From: Neobacillus vireti
GTDB lineage: Bacteria; Bacillota; Bacilli; Bacillales; Cytobacillaceae
DNA: 32,000 bases
NCBI RefSeq assembly: GCF_036962345.1
Contig: NZ_JBALNB010000017.1
Span: 124,190-156,189 of the forward strand
Direction of reading: 5' to 3'
A program made the translations under genes and the position numbers. The number at the start of each line of letters is the position of its first letter. The first letter of the stretch is position 1. The notes under the pieces were generated by a model. The model was not told the DNA's origin. It ran no database searches and saw only the letters and a program-made list of their open reading frames with translations. Positions 24,921 through 32,000 of this stretch are shown here, piece by piece.

Positions 24921-24966
24921 ACATAAAATAAAAGGCATGAGTCCGGTTCAATACCGAATTCATGCC
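24921..24966 (-). terminator. Rho-independent terminator of the 101-aa membrane protein gene
   Basis: GGCATGAGTCCGGT-tcaat-ACCGAATTCATGCC forms the stem with two mismatches. On the minus strand it is followed by TTTTATTTTAT. Confidence 0.55.
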
Positions 24967-25011
24967 CAAGAAGCTGCCTAAATTTCGAAAAACCGAGGAG
25001 TGACAGGCATC

Positions 25012-25317
25012 TCACAAGCTCATATACCCAAGCATTTCAGCAAAGGGCAAAATAGAAAGGAAGAAAAATAACAAAAATAGACTTAGGCCAATTAAAAATG
25101 TCCTCTTATTCATGCGGTGTCTGTTGAATAAAATAACGGCAATCCAAATAGGAAACGCGATGACTATATTCAACACACTGACCCATATACTGATCCCAAC
25201 AAAGTAGATATTGATATCATGTTCGCTCCGCCCTCCGTTAACCATAAAATGGAGGACCATCATTACACTAAGAAACAACAGCAGGATTAAATGATAAGCA
25301 AGCCAGGCTTTTTTCAT
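25012..25317 (-). CDS. Small membrane protein (3 TM), unknown function
   Basis: The product is a hydrophobic 101 aa. GAGGT lies 5-6 nt upstream and a terminator lies downstream. Confidence 0.65.
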   Translation of the reverse strand: MKKAWLAYHLILLLFLSVMMVLHFMVNGGRSEHDINIYFVGISIWVSVLNIVIAFPIWIAVILFNRHRMNKRTFLIGLSLFLLFFFLSILPFAEMLGYMSL

Positions 25318-25405
25318 GATTACCTCATCATAATAATTATTTTATTACCTCTTACCTTACATTAAACTAATTTAACGTATTTATGGGAATAATTTCACCA
25401 TTGAG

Positions 25406-25500
25406 AAAACCGGAGGGAAAACCGGAGGGACGGTTCTCATGGTTAGATTTTGGGTTACCATTTCCTACTTGAAAGGCCAACAGAACCGTCCCCATGGTCC
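25406..25500. repeat. REP-like element, copy G with a duplicated left terminus
   Basis: AAAACCGGAGGG occurs as 2 perfect tandem copies (25406-25429) running into GGGACGGTTCTCATGGTT (from 25427). The right arm is CAACAGAACCGTCCCCATGGTCC (core 25482-25493). Confidence 0.85.
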
Positions 25501-25511
25501 TTCTCAAGACG

Positions 25512-25535
25512 AAAAAAATACCGCCATTGCGGTAT
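25512..25535 (-). terminator. Rho-independent terminator of the small ORF
   Basis: ATACCGC-catt-GCGGTAT forms the stem. On the minus strand it is followed by TTTTTTT. Confidence 0.6.
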
Positions 25536-25578
25536 TAGCTTTTCTAATTTCAAAATTGTTAGTGGAGCTATTGTTAAA

Positions 25579-25743
25579 CTAATCGACACTATTATTCTTT
25601 TTTATTTCGTCGCGTATTTCCTTTAGATATTCATTTCTTTGTTTCATTAACTTTAAGATAGTAATTACAACATAAATAGCAAACACGAGAATTCCTAAAT
25701 ATAATAAGATAGGAATAAGTCCTAAAAAAGCCATCATTTCCAT
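25579..25743 (-). CDS. Small single-pass membrane protein (54 aa), absent from the ORF track
   Basis: My own translation is MEMMAFLGLIPILLYLGILVFAIYVVITILKLMKQRNEYLKEIRDEIKKNNSVD. GGAGG lies 8 nt upstream of the ATG at 25743 and a terminator follows the stop codon. Confidence 0.5.
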   Translation of the reverse strand: MEMMAFLGLIPILLYLGILVFAIYVVITILKLMKQRNEYLKEIRDEIKKNNSVD

Positions 25744-25868
25744 ATGTTAATCCTCCAAAACTATGTTTCAACTTATATTACCATATTATTCCATGAATTC
25801 CTCGTTAATTTAAATTTATATAAAACAACAAAGTTAACGAAAACAGTCTGTCGTTAAAAGAATGACCC

Positions 25869-26000
25869 GGGGTCGGTTCTCATAATTCGATTATGGTTAG
25901 GTATCTCACAAATCTCAAAATCGTTCAACGATCACAACGACACATTGTGTGAGGGCTGACACCACCAATTAAAAAGCCATTAGAACCGTCCCCATGGTCC
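25869..26000. repeat. REP-like element, copy H (long form)
   Basis: The left arm is GGGGTCGGTTCTCAT. The right arm is AAAAAGCCATTAGAACCGTCCCCATGGTCC (core 25982-25993). The element ends 3 nt from the stop codon at 26003. Confidence 0.8.
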
Positions 26001-26002
26001 TG

Positions 26003-26801
26003 TTATTCCATTAGTCGAGGTTTAGCAGGATTACAGTTTGGCGGTTCAATATCTGCACTTTCTGCTAATTTCATTAAATAATAACATTCTTCTCGATACA
26101 TATGATCTGCCATTAAAGGCGCAAAAGTTCCTAATGCTTGCTTACTTAGTTTTAGTTCTTCCAGTTCAGATAAGAAATTTTGAAATAGCTTAATTTCTAA
26201 CTCAGCGTCCTTAGTCATTTTTTTCAAAGCTGGAAAGGCAGTCAAATTGGTTCTTAAATATCCTGCTAGCTCTACCGCTTTTAGGTAAAAACCTTCAAAG
26301 TCCTTTTTAAATGTGTTACTTTTCTCTCTTAATTTCTTTTCAACACCATCTAAATTGGAGGATATCGCTTCGGAATGTCCCGCAGCATCCAATAACCATA
26401 AAAGGATGATGATGGAGTTCATGGTAAACAGGAGGGTCTTGCCCCGCCATTAAATGTTTTAAAATTCTTAAATATTCCTCTAATTCATTTACCATATGGT
26501 TAAAAAAAGTAGGTGAAAGGTGAATCTTAATTTTTCCGACAAGGTGCTTTCTTAGTAATTCTAATTTAAATTCTCGTAATTTTAGTACCTCTTCTTCTGC
26601 TTGAGCGGTTAATTGCATCAATTCAGAGGAATTTGATTGATCTAAAAGTGTATCAAATGTATGAATAAAATTAGCGGCCTGCTCAATCTCAGCTTTTTGA
26701 ACAGGAGCAAGAGCTTCATAAATAAACCTAGAATGATCACCTAAAATCTGCAGCCAAAATCGGTGTTCAAATCTTGCATTCCTCTCAAATGTTTCATTCA
26801 T
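26003..26801 (-). pseudogene. DUF2935-family protein split by a 1-nt frameshift
   Basis: The two overlapping ORFs (26340-26831 and 26003-26422) correspond to the first and second halves of the intact paralog at 28214-29071. The frames join at CATCATCATCCTTTTATGG (about 26400-26415): ...PVYHELHHH then LLWLLDAAGHSEAI. The start is ATG at 26801, 7 nt after AGGAGG. Confidence 0.75.
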
Positions 26802-26870
26802 GTTGGTTCCTCCTAGGAAAAAAATATCCACACAAATTGATATATATTCCCGTAAAGTGCTCTTATGCCA

Positions 26871-26891
26871 GGGGGACGGTTCTCCTGGTTC
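26871..26891. repeat. REP-like element, copy I (left arm only)
   Basis: The sequence is GGGGGACGGTTCTCCTGGTTC. It is followed by an unrelated long hairpin instead of a right arm. Confidence 0.6.
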
Positions 26892-26893
26892 AG

Positions 26894-26954
26894 AAAAAGG
26901 TGCCTGTCACCGGATGTGTCCTTTCGTCAACACATCGGTGACAGGCACCTTTTT
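26894..26954. terminator. Long bidirectional terminator-like hairpin
   Basis: AAAAAGGTGCCTGTCACCGGATGTG...CACATCGGTGACAGGCACCTTTTT forms a stem of about 23 bp with one bulge. An A-run and a T-run flank it. Confidence 0.65.
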
Positions 26955-27242
26955 GGTTCTATATCTGAAAAATCTTATGGATGAGATTAAATTATTAATA
27001 GTCTCAGTGTAACGGGTTCTCTTAATGAGAGTAATTGAATTTAATAAGATGGTAACGATTAGAAGAACCATTCTTACAAATACCACTGCACCCGTTGTGT
27101 CCATAAGAGCAGACCAATCCTCGTTTTACCAGATAATGGCCATATAAGATTTGGAAATATAACGAAATAACACAAGCACTGATACTCATAATAGAAAGAG
27201 CAATCCAATTCTTGTGGGCATGCCTTTTATATATTCATTGTT

Positions 27243-27902
27243 TCAGACCTCTTTATTCATAACGATATTATTTTCATCAGCAACCTGACCGTTAATTCTT
27301 TGTTTCCAATAAGTATTTGTTCCATTATTTTTTAGAATTGCATGGTACGGAACCTGTTTAATTATAAGAAGGAGATTAAGGAGATCAACAGATGATGCCA
27401 TGGCATTTAGAATGATCAAAATTTTTAGTGTCGGTGTTAATAGCCCAAATGCACCTAATAGTAATGGCATAATGATTGAAATAATCATGAAAGGCGCAAT
27501 GGTAATGAAGATATATCTTGATTTTGAAATCTCCTCCTCCGTTAGGACAAAACCTCCGAAAAGAGTAAGACCTATATATGTTTTTTGGGATTGTATAAAG
27601 TGAGGAATGAAAATTAAATGAAGTAATTCGTGAAGGATGATCAGTAGAACAAGCAAAAAAATAATGCCTAAGTTAATGGATATTGATATTGAATCCGATG
27701 TAAATCCAAAATCGCTTAAAGCAATAGAGGAAAAGATATTTATGATCCCAATAGAGATGAATGCAGCGACAATCATGAAAGGAATTGATAACAAAATAGC
27801 ACTCATTACATTCTTAGGTTCTTTCATTGGAATCCATCCACTTTTAATTAGGTCCAAATGTAAATGCGGGTTACTTTTTGGCACTTTGTTTACTATTTTC
27901 AT
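27243..27902 (-). CDS. DUF3267-like membrane protein (putative zincin-type metallopeptidase, HExxH)
   Basis: It has multiple TM helices with HELLH embedded (LLIILHELLHLIFIP). I prefer ATG at 27902 (SD GGGGGTG) over the track start at 27920. Confidence 0.7.
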   Translation of the reverse strand: MKIVNKVPKSNPHLHLDLIKSGWIPMKEPKNVMSAILLSIPFMIVAAFISIGIINIFSSIALSDFGFTSDSISISINLGIIFLLVLLIILHELLHLIFIPHFIQSQKTYIGLTLFGGFVLTEEEISKSRYIFITIAPFMIISIIMPLLLGAFGLLTPTLKILIILNAMASSVDLLNLLLIIKQVPYHAILKNNGTNTYWKQRINGQVADENNIVMNKEV

Positions 27903-28039
27903 TAATACACCCCCGTACATACCTCAATTCAAGAAATTTGAAACTACCCTACCAAAAAAACTTAATGAACACGCTACATCCCTTTCTAAATATTAACATA
28001 TATATCCAGTAAACTTAAAAAGTTTTGTTTCAGAATCTG

Positions 28040-28117
28040 GGGGTGCCATAGGGACGGTTCTCATGGTTCGATTATGGGTTAGTATCACAAAAAACCATGA
28101 GAACCGTCCCCCTGGCC
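28040..28117. repeat. REP-like element, copy J (short form, best palindrome)
   Basis: GGGACGGTTCTCATGGTT (28051-28068) pairs perfectly with AACCATGAGAACCGTCCC (28094-28111). The left flank GGGGTGCCATA resembles that of copy B. Confidence 0.85.
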
Positions 28118-28213
28118 TGCCCGACTTGCCCCGTATTCAATCCTAGGTATATTTAATTAACTTTGTTAATAAGCTTAGAGCAATTGGATTATTTTATTGA
28201 GGGGGTTTTAAGA

Positions 28214-29071
28214 ATGAACGGTGAGGATCACATGTTACATGCTGATACTGGTGTTACATCTGTATTGTTTGTTGAGCGCTCTTTAAATGAAATACGTTTT
28301 TGGGCTAGGATCATGAAAGAACATTCTTTATTTCTTCGATTGGGTTTTAGAGCAGAGGATACTCAACTAATTCAAGAGGCCAATCAATTTTACCGTACAT
28401 TTGAACGTATCGAACAAGCCGCACATGCATTTACTAATCAAACGGATCCAGAACAAATTAGAAGATTTAATTCAGAAGTACAACAAGCTGCAACGAATAT
28501 ATATGTATTTAAACGAAAAATATTAGGCTTAATTATTACATGTCAGTTGCCAGGAGCCAATAATTTCCCACTGCTAGTTGATCATACAAGCAGGGAAGCG
28601 AATTACTTTAGAAAACGACTAATTCAATTAAATGAAGGTAAATTGGATGCCCTTCCAGACGCTATTATTAAAGAAAATGTCTTCTTCTTAAGGATAATGG
28701 CTGATCATGCTAAATTTATTGGTCATTTGCTGGATCCATCCGAAAGGAAATTAATTGATATGGCACATAATTTTAGTAATGATTTTGATCAATTATTGTA
28801 CCAAGCCAGAGATTTGGACTCGATGAGACCACAATCTCAAACAATTCCTCTTTTGGATCAATTTTTGGACCAAAACCGTGTATCGGTCTCATCCCTTCGA
28901 GACTTTAAGAAGACTGCACGTGATTTAATTGAGGAATGTAAAATTAAGAGTATCATTCATCCACTATTAGCAGACCATGTTTTTCGGGAAGCTGATAGGT
29001 TCCTTGAAATCATTGATATGTTTGATGCCCATCTTACTGCCGGCAGTCAAAAACCTAGAGATCAATATTAA
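28214..29071 (+). CDS. DUF2935-family protein (two-repeat helical-bundle putative metalloprotein), intact copy
   Basis: It contains two internal repeats, each with a FW/FL...MxEH/ADH motif (IRFWARIMKEHSLF and VFFLRIMADHAKFI) plus LVDHTSREANYF and LLADHVFREADRF. I prefer the start at 28214 (SD GAGGGGG). Confidence 0.8.
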   Translation: MNGEDHMLHADTGVTSVLFVERSLNEIRFWARIMKEHSLFLRLGFRAEDTQLIQEANQFYRTFERIEQAAHAFTNQTDPEQIRRFNSEVQQAATNIYVFKRKILGLIITCQLPGANNFPLLVDHTSREANYFRKRLIQLNEGKLDALPDAIIKENVFFLRIMADHAKFIGHLLDPSERKLIDMAHNFSNDFDQLLYQARDLDSMRPQSQTIPLLDQFLDQNRVSVSSLRDFKKTARDLIEECKIKSIIHPLLADHVFREADRFLEIIDMFDAHLTAGSQKPRDQY

Positions 29072-29103
29072 AGACCCCTTTAATAAAAACGTTAGGAGCC
29101 ACA

Positions 29104-29215
29104 GGGACGGTTCTAATGGTTCCATTTATACATAGAGGTGTCACTAACTAGTTAGGTGACACCTCTATTTACACATTCACAATCAAAAAAAGCCATCAGA
29201 ACCGTCCCCATGGCC
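29104..29215. repeat. REP-like element, copy K with an internal terminator-like hairpin
   Basis: The left arm is GGGACGGTTCTAATGGTTCC. The internal hairpin is ATAGAGGTGTCAC..GTGACACCTCTAT (29132-29168). The right arm is AAAAAGCCATCAGAACCGTCCCCATGGCC (core 29198-29209). Confidence 0.85.
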
Positions 29216-29227
29216 GCCCAAAGTTTC

Positions 29228-29365
29228 CTCGGCTTCGGACAGGTACTTGCTTTTTTTTGCCCTTCCTTGTCCGAAGTTGACACGGCTTCGGACTCGGCCT
29301 TGCTTTTTAATGTTCAGCAAACAAATGATAAATTGAAAAATGGCCGAAGTCGCAACTTCGGCCTT
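29228..29365. repeat. Cluster of hairpins built from GGCTTCGGAC / GTCCGAAG units
   Basis: GGCTTCGGAC occurs at 29231-29240 and 29284-29293, and its complement GTCCGAAG at 29269-29276. A perfect hairpin GGCCGAAGT-cgca-ACTTCGGCC lies at 29342-29363. Confidence 0.5.
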
Positions 29366-29443
29366 AAGAAAGAAATCATAGAGAAACCAACATGCTTTCA
29401 TGAGCATCAGCCCTTAGAAAAATTAATCGGGCTAGAAGACTAA

Positions 29444-29478
29444 CCATCAGTGGGGCATGGAGACCCCCCCACTGATGG
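29444..29478 (-). terminator. Stem-loop downstream of the sugar transporter gene
   Basis: CCATCAGTGGGG...CCCCACTGATGG forms a 12-bp stem 11 nt after the stop codon. There is no clear U-tract. Confidence 0.45.
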
Positions 29479-29488
29479 AAGTTCCACT

Positions 29489-30877
29489 TTATGCTGTTTT
29501 TTTGTTCGCTTGTCTATTTTCTCCGATTTTTTCAATTTCCTCCAGGGTATATCCACGAGTTTCAGGAACACATGTCCGGATAAAGAAAACTCCAAGTAAA
29601 CAAATAGCACCGAAGATTGCAAAAACAGCTTCCTGAGACATTGAAGCAGTCATAATTGGAAACATTAATCCAACTAAGAAAGAACCAATCCAGTTAAAGG
29701 ATGAGGCCAATCCTGACGCACGTCCACGAATCATCAATGGGAATATTTCTCCGACAATGACCCACGTTAAAGGAGCCCATGTGAATGAATAAAAGGCTAC
29801 ATAGATACTTAAAAAAACAACGATCATCATTGGACTTGCATTTGGAATGACTAGATTTATAATGGCTGGCAAAATAAAGGACAGCCCCATAACCGTTCCA
29901 CCTAGAGTTAATAAAGTCCTGCGCTTAAATTTATCAGCAATCAGTAGGAATAGTAATGAACCTAGAACGAGAATAATTCCTTGAATAATTGGCCACATCA
30001 ACGCTGAACTCGCTTCATTTCCTGTTGCTTTTTCGACAATTAAAGGAATGTAATAAAAAATTGCGTTTGCACCCTGGAATTGTTGAAAAGCAGCAACACC
30101 CACTCCGGCAATAACTAAATAACGGTATTTACCACTAAGCAGTGATCCCCATGAAACATTTTTACTTGCCAGTTTTTCCTCTTTAGCAGTGTCTTGTATT
30201 TGTTTAATTTCAGACTCAATTTCTTCTTTAGGACGAATGTAGCTCAACACTTTTCGTGCTTCATTAAGTTTATTATTTTTAATTAAAAAACGTGGTGATT
30301 CAGGTAACTTTAACACTCCAATAAATAAAATGATTGCAGGTACGGCCGCCATCGTAAGCATTAAACGCCACGCCGTTGTTACTGGTAAACCACTCAATAA
30401 AAAATCAACAATGTACGAAAGTAACATCCCGGAAACAATCATAGTTTGATTGATCCCTGACAACCGTCCGCGCAGACGTGCAGGGGCCATTTCCGACATA
30501 TAGGCAGGGACCAACGCGGAAGCAGCACCAACGGCCATCCCTAAGAAAACTCGAACAACAATCAAAAAGATACTTCCATTATGAGGAGCTACCCCTGACA
30601 AAATGGACCCAATCGTAAAAATGACAGCAGAGATTAAGATCATCTTGCGCCGTCCTAAACGGTCTGATAGTTGTCCGGCCATGGCACCTCCAAAAATTGC
30701 GCCAAACATGATCGAAGAGGTAATCCAGCCAATAGCTGTAGCGCTTTCAAGCCCCCAATCTTGTTGCAGAAAAGGCAAAGCCCCCGTCATCACCCCAATA
30801 TCATATCCAAACAAAATTCCGCCAAAAGCCCCGAAAAAATAAATGAAGCTACTTGAGACTTTCTTTTCATTAAGCAT
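29489..30877 (-). CDS. MFS sugar porter family sugar:H+ symporter (probably pentose/arabinose, by context)
   Basis: Contains GGILFGYDIGV, GRRKMIL, PAYMSEMAPARLRGRL, PESPRFL and PETRG, with 12 predicted TM segments. It lies directly downstream of araA on the same strand. Confidence 0.9.
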   Translation of the reverse strand: MLNEKKVSSSFIYFFGAFGGILFGYDIGVMTGALPFLQQDWGLESATAIGWITSSIMFGAIFGGAMAGQLSDRLGRRKMILISAVIFTIGSILSGVAPHNGSIFLIVVRVFLGMAVGAASALVPAYMSEMAPARLRGRLSGINQTMIVSGMLLSYIVDFLLSGLPVTTAWRLMLTMAAVPAIILFIGVLKLPESPRFLIKNNKLNEARKVLSYIRPKEEIESEIKQIQDTAKEEKLASKNVSWGSLLSGKYRYLVIAGVGVAAFQQFQGANAIFYYIPLIVEKATGNEASSALMWPIIQGIILVLGSLLFLLIADKFKRRTLLTLGGTVMGLSFILPAIINLVIPNASPMMIVVFLSIYVAFYSFTWAPLTWVIVGEIFPLMIRGRASGLASSFNWIGSFLVGLMFPIMTASMSQEAVFAIFGAICLLGVFFIRTCVPETRGYTLEEIEKIGENRQANKKTA

Positions 30878-31022
30878 TAAAGTTCCCCCCTAGATGTTAT
30901 ATAATTATATCTTTTTATTTCGGTAGATTAACGTTTTCATATATTCAAAAAGCTACAATCACGCTTGAGAATCCGAATGGTTCCTATTTTCATTCTTCAA
31001 CTTCTGGAATACCTATCTTTTC

Positions 31023-31051
31023 CCTCCAAGGAAGTAGAACTTCCTCGGAGG
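31023..31051 (-). other. Intercistronic stem-loop between araA and the transporter gene
   Basis: CCTCCAAGGAAGT-aga-ACTTCCTCGGAGG forms a 13-bp stem with one mismatch. No U-tract follows. Confidence 0.4.
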
Positions 31052-31060
31052 ATAAAGTCA

Positions 31061-32000
31061 TTACTTAATCACTACGTAATCCAAGTCAACAAGTTTTGCA
31101 TAGGTGATAATTTGGTCTGTTGTTAAATTCAATGAAACAACTGTATGGTGACCTCCGCCATTCTCGATCCAAGATTTCACCCCATCTTGGAAGTTAGGCT
31201 TGACTTCCCACAGTACGCGGGCGACTGGAAGGTTTGGTGCTGGAACAGTTGGCTCAAATGCAGAAACTTCATTAATTAATAGTTTGTAATGAGTACCAAA
31301 GTCCGCCATAGAAACAACAACACCGTCTCCTGCTTTACCGTCGAATACTAAACGTGCTGGGTCTTCACGGTCACCAATGCCTAATGGAGATAAAACAATC
31401 TTTGGTTTGTTACTTGCTAATGATGGGTCGACTTCAAGCATATGTGATTGAAGGATGGATTCCATGCCAGCAGCTAATTCATATGTGTAATCTTCCATAA
31501 AGCCAGTTGATTGGTTATGACTCATCACTTTCAGTAAGCGGTCGAGTGCTGCCGTCTTCCAATCCCCTTCACCGGCAAAACCATATCCTTGTGCCATCAA
31601 ACGTTGGACGGCTAGACCAGGTAGCTGTTTCATACCATGTAAATCTTCAAAGTTAGTTGTGAAGGCATTGTATCCGCCCTCATCAAGGAATCGTTTAATA
31701 GCGATTTCGTAGCTTGCTTGCACCTTTACGCTTTTCTCCCAATCTTCTCTACTATAGGTGCCATAGTCAAATTCATAAAGTCCTTCATATTCTGCAAATA
31801 AAGCATCAATTTCTTCATCCGTAACCGCATTTACATATTGAACAAGGTCTCCGATTCCAAAATAGTCAACTGTCCACCCAAATTGGATCTGCGCTTCAAC
31901 CTTATCCCCTTCGGTCACACCAACATTACGCATATTGTCCCCAAAGCGAGCGACTTTTATATTGAAGCCTTCGTTATAAGCAACCGCTACATCCATCCAT
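31061..32000 (-). CDS. araA: L-arabinose isomerase, C-terminal ~313 aa (5' end lies outside the window)
   Basis: FGDNMRNVGVTEGDKVEAQIQFGW, GFAGEGDWKTAALDR, FMEDYTY and HMLEV are all characteristic of AraA. The ORF runs to the window edge. Confidence 0.9.
   Translation of the reverse strand, partial: WMDVAVAYNEGFNIKVARFGDNMRNVGVTEGDKVEAQIQFGWTVDYFGIGDLVQYVNAVTDEEIDALFAEYEGLYEFDYGTYSREDWEKSVKVQASYEIAIKRFLDEGGYNAFTTNFEDLHGMKQLPGLAVQRLMAQGYGFAGEGDWKTAALDRLLKVMSHNQSTGFMEDYTYELAAGMESILQSHMLEVDPSLASNKPKIVLSPLGIGDREDPARLVFDGKAGDGVVVSMADFGTHYKLLINEVSAFEPTVPAPNLPVARVLWEVKPNFQDGVKSWIENGGGHHTVVSLNLTTDQIITYAKLVDLDYVVIK

Noticed and set aside
26907-27104. 65-aa minus-strand ORF with one hydrophobic segment
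   Set aside because: Its 3' third reads straight through the long terminator-like hairpin (26894-26954), and its RBS is poor. A shorter genuine small protein cannot be excluded.
27105-27242. 55-aa Cys-containing ORF (MSISACVISLYFQ...GCSGICKNG...) on the minus strand downstream of the DUF3267 gene
   Set aside because: It has no RBS and an implausible composition. It may be a remnant of a decayed membrane protein gene.
5976-29215. CRISPR array as an explanation for the recurring GGGACGGTTCT motif
   Set aside because: The copies occur as inverted pairs separated by kilobases of genes, not as regularly spaced direct repeats with short spacers. No cas genes are present.
29156-29443. 95-aa plus-strand ORF and the overlapping 74-aa minus-strand ORF
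   Set aside because: Both span repeat copy K and the GGCTTCGGAC hairpin cluster. Neither has a convincing RBS or shows family resemblance.
30926-30940. cre-like catabolite-responsive element (ATGAAAACGTTAATC on the minus strand) upstream of the sugar transporter
   Set aside because: The 3' half deviates from the cre consensus at two conserved positions. That is too weak to call without a PWM score.

Overview
This looks like a low-GC Firmicute (Bacillaceae-like) chromosomal segment, judged from the GGAGG-type ribosome-binding sites and the gene content. Both edges are housekeeping. The left edge carries a truncated LitR/CarH-type B12 photoregulator plus a YbgA-like gene, a P1B-4 metal-efflux ATPase divergent from the NRAMP transporter mntH, and ndk. 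The right edge carries an MFS sugar porter and the 3' part of araA. The middle (about 5.9-29.4 kb) is accessory-like, with four notable contents. (1) At least 11 copies of a palindromic REP/MITE-like repeat (arms GGGACGGTTCTCATGG / CCATSAGAACCGTCCCC) sit in intergenic DNA. One copy abuts a RAYT-like Y1 HUH transposase gene, and several copies have tandemly stuttered termini. (2) A two-gene RyR-domain cassette is bracketed by two near-identical direct copies of the repeat. (3) A five-gene minus-strand operon encodes a secreted protein, a polytopic membrane protein, an ankyrin-repeat lipoprotein and a small membrane protein. It ends in a 1515-aa DUF4062-like/NACHT-type P-loop/WD40 STAND NTPase, and is my best candidate for an uncharacterised NLR-like conflict or signalling system. 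(4) A DUF2935/DUF3267 cluster contains one frameshifted DUF2935 copy. I saw no rRNA, tRNA, CRISPR array, integrase or phage structural genes. All domain calls rest on motif recognition by eye and need HMM confirmation.
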